Positions 8,538 through 15,754 of a stretch of DNA of 64,000 bases are shown here, piece after piece (the stretch's first letter is position 1; each line of letters starts with the position of its first letter). The position numbers were made by a program, and so were the translations under genes. The notes under the pieces are model-generated. The model did not search any database and was not told the DNA's origin. It saw only the letters and a program-made list of their open reading frames with translations. This stretch comes from an uncultured bacterium (GTDB lineage: Bacteria > Fidelibacterota > Marinisomatia > Marinisomatales > J089), in NCBI GenBank assembly GCA_964535735.1, contig CAZHTM010000001.1:89369-153368 (forward strand). Reading direction: 5' to 3'.

Positions 8538-10019
8538 TCAGATCAGAAGGTAGAGCGTCATCAGAGCGCCGCTAAATGTGTTCAAAAGGTTAACCATATC
8601 GTTATCCATCCATTTCCAGCCCCGGACGTGAATAGTGGGATATCCATCCAGGGTACGTTTTTCAGTGAGGGTGCCCGTTTTTTCACAGCGATACATTGAT
8701 TGGAGTGTACCACCCAAAATGGAGTCCAGAAGACTTCCTAAAAAACCAGCAACAACTATTACCATGCACAGTTGCCATGAAAGATCATAATACCAACCGA
8801 GGGAAGCTATGACGGTGGCTCCGAGGAAAGCACCTGTAAATCCGAGCATCGTAACGCCTCCCGACATCCCCCGTTCCAATTCACGTCCAGTGAGTATGTG
8901 TCGTGGTTTATGGGAACTAAAAAAACCAATTTCTGTAGCCCAAGTATCCGCCGTGGCCGCGGCGATCGCTCCTAAAAATACCGGATAGTTCCAGGACCAG
9001 GACGGGTAATAAAAATGAATTATTGAAATGACGGTGGCCAATCCGCCATTTGCCAGAACTTGGGTAAAATCCCGTTGTGAACCTTTCTGAGTAAAATGAT
9101 TTTTATGTTGGCCAATACGGGAAAGCAGTGAGCTGAGGATGAAAAAGAGAACAAAGGGTGCGGTCCATTGCCATCCCCCGGAGCCGAAAACGATGATGCC
9201 CATTAAAAAGGCGACTACGCCACCGCTTACACTCAGGGAGCCCAGCCGGATTGACAATCCCAGCAGGAGGGCGGACGCTATCCACCAAATCAGCCACACG
9301 TCCAGGTGATGCAGGACCTGGTTCACGATAAACAGGTCCGTCATGAGTGCCGCTAATAGGGGAACGGAAAGATTATCAGACCCTCGATTGCTAATCCCTT
9401 CTCCAAGCATGACCGTTGCGGCCATCAATAGGGAAAAGATGAATTTGCTTCCTAGGGTTAATAACGCTGAGGTGGCAAAAAGGACAGACGCTAGTAGCGT
9501 GATTACAAAAGCGGTAATAAATACCGCCATGGATCCTTCCAAGGATTTGGTATCCCGCCACAATTGGTAACGATGAGGGGCAGGAATTCTTTGACCGATT
9601 ATAGAACCGGCCGTATCGGCAAACGTCATCATCAATAATCCTACCATGAGGGAAAGTGGACGGGACCATTCAAAATAAACCAGGATTAAGTAGCTTAAGG
9701 GAAAGAAGACGGTGCCGTAACTGATTCGCCCGGTTCCATGCAATCCGGTGAAGACAGATTGTCGCAGAGCCACTAGATTCAATATGATGAAAATCCCGGC
9801 CAGAACCATAGGAGCAGTCGAATTCCGGAAATATAGCGGTGAAATCGAGACTGCAATCCCAACGGCAACATGAACCAATTTCCGAGTAGATTCCGGGGAC
9901 CAGTGGAATCGGTTTCGCGCGAATTCGCTGAGTCCGATAAGTCCACCAATGAGGACCAGAACAACGAAAAAGGTCGCCCAGTCACTTGAAAAGGGTTGAT
10001 AATGATAGAACTGCATCAT
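8538..10019 (-). CDS. fusion: CTP-dependent polyprenol/phytol kinase-like domain (VTE5/DolK family) + DUF92/TMEM19 (VTE6-like) integral membrane domain
   Basis: The N-terminal half has FADTAGSIIGQR...KSLEGSMAVF (SEC59/VTE5-type signature). The C-terminal half has ATADTWATEIG and GMSGGVTMLG (DUF92 signature). Polytopic throughout. Confidence 0.65.
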   Translation of the reverse strand: MMQFYHYQPFSSDWATFFVVLVLIGGLIGLSEFARNRFHWSPESTRKLVHVAVGIAVSISPLYFRNSTAPMVLAGIFIILNLVALRQSVFTGLHGTGRISYGTVFFPLSYLILVYFEWSRPLSLMVGLLMMTFADTAGSIIGQRIPAPHRYQLWRDTKSLEGSMAVFITAFVITLLASVLFATSALLTLGSKFIFSLLMAATVMLGEGISNRGSDNLSVPLLAALMTDLFIVNQVLHHLDVWLIWWIASALLLGLSIRLGSLSVSGGVVAFLMGIIVFGSGGWQWTAPFVLFFILSSLLSRIGQHKNHFTQKGSQRDFTQVLANGGLATVISIIHFYYPSWSWNYPVFLGAIAAATADTWATEIGFFSSHKPRHILTGRELERGMSGGVTMLGFTGAFLGATVIASLGWYYDLSWQLCMVIVVAGFLGSLLDSILGGTLQSMYRCEKTGTLTEKRTLDGYPTIHVRGWKWMDNDMVNLLNTFSGALMTLYLLI

Positions 10020-10088
10020 TTGAAAGCTAATGGGTTTTGGGTATTTTGATGAAGCAATTCTTACACACTTGATTTAGAGGAGTCCAAC

Positions 10089-10865
10089 GTGAAAATCAAA
10101 TGGAGAATCGGTAACACCCCGATAGTCTGGATCATCTATGTATTCTGTTTTATAACGGCTCAGGTTCCCGTTTGGAACCGGCTACCCCTGGACCGATTAA
10201 CGGAGGCCAAGGGAGTTTCAGAAGCCGGTCAACTCCTAATCCAACAGCCCCTTGGGTGGACCGAGATTACATATCCCTCCACCAATTATGATACCCTTTG
10301 GATTGTCGTGCATGGATATGGTTCCCGAGGGTATGAGTGGGTAGACGCTATCAAAGATTTCTGCATCACGGGAAAAGGCGTATTCTTTTATCGTTACGAT
10401 TGGTCCCGATGCCCGGAGGATATTGTGGATTCATTGAGTCATGAATTTCCGGAACTGATTCACCACATCACTCCCCAACCGGAACATGTGATTGTGTTTG
10501 GCCACAGTTACGGTGCTTTGATTGTGGCCATGTTGAATGCCTGTATTGATCTTCATATACCCATGGAATTCCATGCCATTGCCGGTCCATTGGCGGGCAT
10601 GAAGGGATTCCAGGATCGCTGTACCTGGGACCAATCCTGGATTGCAGAAACCAGTCAGAATGGGACCGGTATGCGTCTCCATCAATGGCGGACAGTAAAG
10701 TCTCAGGATGGTGCCTTTCGAGATGCAGAAAGAGATCCTCAGGATGTGAATATCCCCGGTAGTACTGTTATCCAATTACCCAAAGTGATGGATGGTCACC
10801 GGCTTGGGCATAACTGGTCCGTATTGTGGGTAGTTGAAACCTATTTGGGATTGCGATCTCAATAA
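10089..10865 (+). CDS. alpha/beta-fold hydrolase (lipase/esterase-like), exported or membrane-anchored
   Basis: GTG start with hydrophobic N-terminus. Nucleophile elbow GHSYGA (GxSxG) preceded by VVHGYGSRG. Confidence 0.65.
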   Translation: MKIKWRIGNTPIVWIIYVFCFITAQVPVWNRLPLDRLTEAKGVSEAGQLLIQQPLGWTEITYPSTNYDTLWIVVHGYGSRGYEWVDAIKDFCITGKGVFFYRYDWSRCPEDIVDSLSHEFPELIHHITPQPEHVIVFGHSYGALIVAMLNACIDLHIPMEFHAIAGPLAGMKGFQDRCTWDQSWIAETSQNGTGMRLHQWRTVKSQDGAFRDAERDPQDVNIPGSTVIQLPKVMDGHRLGHNWSVLWVVETYLGLRSQ

Positions 10866-10996
10866 ATAAATTGACGCACGTTGTAAGGCGTCAATCGCGA
10901 TTAGGGCATTCTACCTGTTGCAAAGACGCCAAAGGCCATAATCGGCTTAAATGGGTGATATAGAATTATTTATAAGTATCATGTTGGAACTATAAT

Positions 10997-11155
10997 ATGG
11001 CAAAGTACAAATTCCTGCTCATTGGATTTTGCATGACGGTGGCGCAGCTCCAGGCTGGCGTCTAGTATTTGTCCACCACCGGTAACGACACTACCAATAA
11101 TGGTCTAACCGAGACAGGCGCATTTGCCACAGTAAACCGAGCCATCAACTCGTAG
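10997..11155 (+). pseudogene. remnant of an exported beta-helix (DUF1565-like) protein gene: signal peptide + N-terminal motif, in-frame TAG, then truncated
   Basis: ATG 10997 gives MAKYKFLLIGFCMTVAQLQAGV, then TAG (11063) and, in the same frame, YLSTTGNDTTNNGLTETGAFATVNRAINS, then TAG (11153). The Y.S..G.D.N.G....PF.T...A motif is typical of parallel beta-helix protein N-termini. The REP array begins right after. Confidence 0.35.
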
Positions 11156-11198
11156 AAGAAATCGGGAGGATGTGTTGTAAAGATTTAATCCACGATTC

Positions 11199-11597
11199 CG
11201 CAAGGTCTCCTGACCTTGCGAGGACACTAAAAACAGAAGATAAAATTCGTTATATTATTCCGGGTGGGGGTAGTGTTTTTGTTTTTCTGTATGGGTTGCA
11301 GGCTCAGGAGATCCTGCATGATCGAGTCTGTATAGTTTAGATGTATCTAGAGGATTTAATCTGTAAAGCCGGATAAGATCATGATTCGCCAAGGCTTTCT
11401 GATCTTGCGGTAGGATCTGACATTACAATCTAGTTATGGTTCTGAGAGTTGGGTCTGTGTCATCGTTTCCCATTCAGTGTGGGTTGTTGATCGCAAGATG
11501 TATAGAACCAAAGAAATCGGGAGAGGGTATAATCAACGATCCCGCAAGGTCTCATGACCTTGCGGGGATACTACTGGGTCGGGAGATTCTGTGTGAA
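11199..11597 (+). repeat. REP array, left of RAYT (hairpins A1, B1, A2, A3, degenerate B)
   Basis: A1 11199-11220 CGCAAGGTC-tcct-GACCTTGCG. B1 11298-11317 GCAGGCTC-agga-GATCCTGC. A2 11387-11410 (degenerate). A3 11541-11566 CCCGCAAGGTC-tcat-GACCTTGCGGG. Degenerate B around 11578-11597. Confidence 0.85.
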
Positions 11598-11679
11598 AGG
11601 TTTAAGCGATTTAGGTGATACATAAAGGTTTTGCCTGTTGAATAATGGAAATTCAACATGAAGATTCTGACCTGGATAA

Positions 11680-12255
11680 CTATAAACGAAATTCATCGGG
11701 AAAGAAATATTTGTCAGCTTCTTGATATGCGGAAGAGAATGGATAACCGTTAACCTCTTTTGCCAGTTCGCCGCGAACCTGGTTAAGTTCTATGTAATTC
11801 AACTTCTGTTCGAGAATTTCTTCAGATTCAATAATCAACGGTTTATCATCGGATCGCCAGAGGGAAAAGGTATGGTTTTTATCTCGGGGGAAAAACGTAA
11901 GTTTTTTCAAAATGACGCGATGATTAACAAGGACGGGCAAGTTTTTAAAATATGGATGAACATTCACCTGTTGAGATAAAAGAATCCTGTGAACATGTCG
12001 ACCGATGTATTTTTTGAAATCCCTTTGGAAATCCGAGAGTGAATAAGATCCTTCTGGTAACCAAATTATGTAATGTAAATGATTTGGCATGATTACATAA
12101 GAATAATACTTTATGTTTTTCGTTTTGCGATAGTACTCCCAGGTATTATAGATGAGGTTTAGAATCTTTTCATAACAAAAAACAGGGAGCCAAAAACGAA
12201 CGGTATTAGTGAGAAAATAGATGTGACCTGCGTCTTTAATCCAATAACGTTTCAT
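11680..12255 (-). CDS. REP-associated tyrosine transposase (RAYT; IS200/IS605-like Y1 HUH transposase)
   Basis: 191 aa. HUH motif in YVIMPNHLHYIIW. Catalytic Tyr region KLNYIELNQVRGELA (equivalent to YI..NPV). No partner TnpB, and REP hairpins lie on both flanks. Confidence 0.85.
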   Translation of the reverse strand: MKRYWIKDAGHIYFLTNTVRFWLPVFCYEKILNLIYNTWEYYRKTKNIKYYSYVIMPNHLHYIIWLPEGSYSLSDFQRDFKKYIGRHVHRILLSQQVNVHPYFKNLPVLVNHRVILKKLTFFPRDKNHTFSLWRSDDKPLIIESEEILEQKLNYIELNQVRGELAKEVNGYPFSSAYQEADKYFFPDEFRL

Positions 12256-12341
12256 AAATTAGTCTGAAAAAACGAAAATTTTCGGAAGAAAAATGATTCT
12301 TATATTTAAAATTACGAAAGCAAAAGCTAATAAATCATGAT

Positions 12342-12758
12342 CCCGCAAGATCCCCTAACCTTACCTTGCGGAGGGATGAGATCAATTCAACAGGGTAATA
12401 ATATTTCGAAGAATGGGGTTAGTATCTCAATATCCCGATCAAAAAGAGGCTATGTGGTCACAGGATCGGGAGATCCTGTGAAATAGGGGTAATGTATAGT
12501 CAACGATCCAGCAATGTTACATAACTTTACTGAGAGATGTAATATGGTTGCAGGATTAGGAGATCCTGAGTGACCTAGATGGTATAGTTTGTGTGGTTCT
12601 TAAGGATTTAGTCTGTAAAATCGGATAAGATCATGATTCAGCAAGGTCTCATGACCTTGCTGGGACACCGAAACAGAGGATGAAATTCGTCTATTATTCC
12701 GGGTGTAGGCCTAGTGTCTTAGTTTTCCGTTCTGGGTCGCAGGATCAGGAGATCCTGC
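12342..12758 (+). repeat. REP array, right of RAYT (A4, B2, A5, B3, A6, B4)
   Basis: A4 12342-12374 (degenerate). B2 12459-12480 CACAGGATC-ggga-GATCCTGTG. A5 12509-12532 (diverged). B3 12550-12569. A6 12639-12662 CAGCAAGGTC-tcat-GACCTTGCTG. B4 12739-12758 GCAGGATC-agga-GATCCTGC. Confidence 0.85.
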
Positions 12759-12795
12759 ATGATCAGGTTGAGTGATCAAGGTGATTTGTAGAGGT

Positions 12796-13464
12796 CTATA
12801 CTGTCGAATAATTCGCGTCGATCCAGGTTCGGAGTTCCTTTGGGGTTTCCATAATCAGATCAGCTCCAGCGGCCTCTAATTCTTGGCGATTCCGAAAGCC
12901 CCACCCAGCACCAATAGCAAAGACTCCTGCTGCTCGTGCGGTCTGCATATCCGTATCCGTATCTCCGACGTAGAGAATACGGTTCAGATCAATATTCCAG
13001 GTCTTAGCAATCTCATGAATACCGGCAGGATCCGGTTTAAGGGGACGATTATTGCTGGCACCAAGGAAAGGATTAATAGGCCATTGAGAGAGATAGAGGG
13101 TCCGATTTAAATCGGCGTATTCCTGGTATTTATTTGTGAGAACCGCTAACCTAAAACCAGTTTCCGTAACGTGATCCAATAACTCAGGTATTCCTGAATA
13201 TATGTGAGTATGGTCCATCCAATGATTTCCATAATCATCTCGAAATTCCTGACCAATTGTAATGAGTAAAGGATCGGCCGGATTCAAACCCGTTGCCTGG
13301 TGCAATAAATTGGCAACGCCTTTACCAATAAATTGGCGGTAACTCTCAATGGAATGAGGGGGTAGGTGATGCCGTTCCAAAACCCGGTTCAAAGAGTAGG
13401 CAATATCCTCCAGGGTATCCAGGAGAGTTCCATCTAGGTCGAAGATAATTCCGGAAGAATTCAT
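12796..13464 (-). CDS. HAD-superfamily hydrolase (phosphoglycolate phosphatase-like)
   Basis: Motif I IIFDLDGTLLDT, motif II LTNK, motif IV YVGDTDTDM. Overlaps the upstream GMC gene by 4 nt (ATGA). Confidence 0.8.
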   Translation of the reverse strand: MNSSGIIFDLDGTLLDTLEDIAYSLNRVLERHHLPPHSIESYRQFIGKGVANLLHQATGLNPADPLLITIGQEFRDDYGNHWMDHTHIYSGIPELLDHVTETGFRLAVLTNKYQEYADLNRTLYLSQWPINPFLGASNNRPLKPDPAGIHEIAKTWNIDLNRILYVGDTDTDMQTARAAGVFAIGAGWGFRNRQELEAAGADLIMETPKELRTWIDANYSTV

Positions 13465-15038
13465 GGTTGGTTTGCGGGTGGAATTTGATCGACCAAATAC
13501 TCAGCAACAGCGGTGATTGTGAGACTGGGATTCACGCTCAGATTCACAGGAATAATGGACCCATCCATGACGTAGAGATTGTCATAGCCATGGATTTTTC
13601 CGTTGAAATCAATCACTCCGTTTTCGGGTGTATCGCCCATACAACACCCACCCAGAATATGGGCGGTAGAGGAGGTGTTAAACATTACTTCCGGGAGTAC
13701 GCTTTTAGGCGCGCCATCGATTTTCTCAGCCATTTTCTTGGCATATCGATTGGCCACGGGAATATAACTGGGAATCTTTCGATCTGTGTTCCAATTGGAA
13801 TTCAGACTGGGCATACCCAGTCGCCACCAGCGGGGTTTATATTCAAACTTAAGGTAATTATCAATTTTTTGCATCACCAAGAGAATGGTGGCTCTTTGAG
13901 CCCATCCGAACGGCCATAGAATTTTTAGGAATTCCAGAGGATGTCTCAGGATTGTGAACAGGAAAAGTATTGGTCGTGGAATCATGGGATGTCCGCCCAC
14001 CAACGGCGTAGTGAGCAACGACATTAGGTCCTGCTTCTTTCCATACCGAACAGTTTCGATGTGGGTGTCTGCATCCGGATACACACCGGACGTGATGGTG
14101 ATTCCTTTGGAAAAATCTTCACGGTCATGGCGGGCAACTACCCCCACCAGGGCCTCGCTATTTGTCCGAACTCGATTCCCCAGTTGATCTGAAAGATGGG
14201 GAAGAGAACCGGATTGCTTGCATTGATACAATAATTTAACGGTTCCCATAACACCGCCGGCGAAAATCACGCCTTTCACCAAAAAGGTGCGTCGCGGGTG
14301 ACGCCAGCCTGAGACCCGTGACACGGAAACCAGGTAACCACCTTCGGAGCGGGGGCGAACGTCCGTTACCTGATGATTGGAAATGACTCTGGCGCCTCCC
14401 TGCTCAGCTAAATAGAGATAGTTTTTGTCCAATGTATTCTTGGCATTTTCCCTGCAGCCTACCATACAGCCCCCACATTCCGTGCATCCGGATCGATCAG
14501 GACCTCGGCCGTTGAAAAAAGGATCGGGTGTTACTTCCTTTGGTTTTCCAAAATACACACCCACATCATTGATATGAAATGTATCTCCGGCGCCCTCTTC
14601 CTGAGCAATCTCCCGAAGGATTTCGTCCGCAACGGTCAAATTGCGGGCGGGGGTGGCGCCCAACATCGCTTTGGCACGGGAATAATACGGTTCGATACGC
14701 TGTATCCAATCCGAATGACCCCAGGCGTGGTCGGAAAGAACCGAATCGGGAGGAATTAACAAATTGTTAGCGTAAACCAAACTTCCGCCTCCAACGCCTG
14801 ATCCATGAAGGATAAAAGTGTCTTTCATTAAAGTCATGACTTGAAAACCATAACAAGCCAAGGGTGGGAACCATAGATATTTGAATATATTCCAATTGGT
14901 TTTGGGGAATTCCCGAGCATAAAAACGACGTCCCCGTTCTACCACCATGACCCGGTAACCTTTTTCGGTTAACCGCAAGGCCGCCACGGATCCTCCGAAA
15001 CCGGAGCCGATGATGAGGTAATCTGCCGAATAAATCAC
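13461..15038 (-). CDS. GMC-family FAD oxidoreductase (cholesterol-oxidase-like)
   Basis: N-terminal FAD fold DYLIIGSGFGGSVAALRLTEKGYRVMVVERG. Internal CGGCMVGC...NAKNTLDKNYL. C-terminal GMC motif HILGGCCMG...NLYVMDGS. Confidence 0.8.
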   Translation of the reverse strand: MIYSADYLIIGSGFGGSVAALRLTEKGYRVMVVERGRRFYAREFPKTNWNIFKYLWFPPLACYGFQVMTLMKDTFILHGSGVGGGSLVYANNLLIPPDSVLSDHAWGHSDWIQRIEPYYSRAKAMLGATPARNLTVADEILREIAQEEGAGDTFHINDVGVYFGKPKEVTPDPFFNGRGPDRSGCTECGGCMVGCRENAKNTLDKNYLYLAEQGGARVISNHQVTDVRPRSEGGYLVSVSRVSGWRHPRRTFLVKGVIFAGGVMGTVKLLYQCKQSGSLPHLSDQLGNRVRTNSEALVGVVARHDREDFSKGITITSGVYPDADTHIETVRYGKKQDLMSLLTTPLVGGHPMIPRPILFLFTILRHPLEFLKILWPFGWAQRATILLVMQKIDNYLKFEYKPRWWRLGMPSLNSNWNTDRKIPSYIPVANRYAKKMAEKIDGAPKSVLPEVMFNTSSTAHILGGCCMGDTPENGVIDFNGKIHGYDNLYVMDGSIIPVNLSVNPSLTITAVAEYLVDQIPPANQP

Positions 15039-15084
15039 TCTTAAATCTAAGACTGCGATGGAATTGAGGTTAGAAAGAATTTGT

Positions 15085-15113
15085 GTCGAACGCTAATAAT
15101 TAGTAGTTTCGAC
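15085..15113. promoter_or_regulatory. imperfect palindrome in divergent promoter; candidate TetR operator
   Basis: GTCGAAcgCTAATAATTAGtagtTTCGAC. The outer arms GTCGAA/TTCGAC enclose the inner palindrome CTAATAATTAG, 30 bp upstream of the TetR ATG. Confidence 0.35.
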
Positions 15114-15144
15114 CACCCGGTTGAAATTAGAACGAACGGTTGAT

Positions 15145-15753
15145 ATGACTCTAACTGATAGAAAACTCCGCGAAAAACAGCACCGTATCCAAACTATTTT
15201 GGAAGCGGCCAAGCGCTTGTTTGCCCAAAAAGGGTATCAAGAAACAAGTATGAATGATATTGCCGAGGAAGCAGAACTGGGCAAAGCTACCTTGTATTAC
15301 TATTTTAAATCAAAAGATGATATTTATAGGGAAATTTATTTATCCTACTCACGGACCTATTATGAGTCCATTACTCAGGAAATCCAAAATACATCGACCT
15401 TGGAATCGTTGATTGATGCGATTTTGGTGGGACATGGGAAACAAGGGCAGATGGATCGGGATTTTTTAAGTCTATTGTATCCCATCGGTCGGAACGCACC
15501 GGTTTTTATCTTTAGTGAGCCGGAGGTATTGGCGGTAACCGAAGCCCTAAGAGAACCCATTCGCTTACACATTGAAACGGTGTTTCAACAGGCTGGAATC
15601 CGGACTTCATCGGATATATTTCAAAAAGTGATGTGGAGTTTTATGACCGGTATTGCAGTGAAAATGATCCGCGGCCATGAATGGAAGGACTTGGAACCGG
15701 AAATCCGATTTTTCAAAACCAGTATCATAAACCAATTATTAAAGGAAGTCTGA
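15145..15753 (+). CDS. TetR/AcrR family transcriptional regulator
   Basis: N-terminal HTH ...AKRLFAQKGYQETSMNDIAEEAELGKATLYYYFKSK. ATG 15145 is preferred over the TTG at 15121 given by the ORF track. Confidence 0.85.
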   Translation: MTLTDRKLREKQHRIQTILEAAKRLFAQKGYQETSMNDIAEEAELGKATLYYYFKSKDDIYREIYLSYSRTYYESITQEIQNTSTLESLIDAILVGHGKQGQMDRDFLSLLYPIGRNAPVFIFSEPEVLAVTEALREPIRLHIETVFQQAGIRTSSDIFQKVMWSFMTGIAVKMIRGHEWKDLEPEIRFFKTSIINQLLKEV

Positions 15754-15754
15754 T

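Larger units (their letters stand above)
11160..12765. mobile_element. REP/RAYT island: Y1 (HUH) transposase gene flanked on both sides by arrays of two REP hairpin families
   Basis: The noncoding gap between the hydrolase (ends 10865) and the HAD gene (stop at 12796) holds only the RAYT ORF, plus at least 11 palindromic elements all in the same orientation. Confidence 0.75.

Noticed and set aside
11436-11618. 60-aa ORF inside the left REP array.
   Set aside because: It is composed largely of REP hairpin A3 and degenerate repeat sequence, so it is a by-product of the repeats rather than a gene.
11160-12765. Could the regularly recurring palindromes be a CRISPR array?
   Set aside because: There are two different repeat families at irregular spacing, the inter-repeat sequences are themselves repeated, no cas genes are present, and a RAYT gene sits in the middle. 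This is REP/BIME architecture, not CRISPR.
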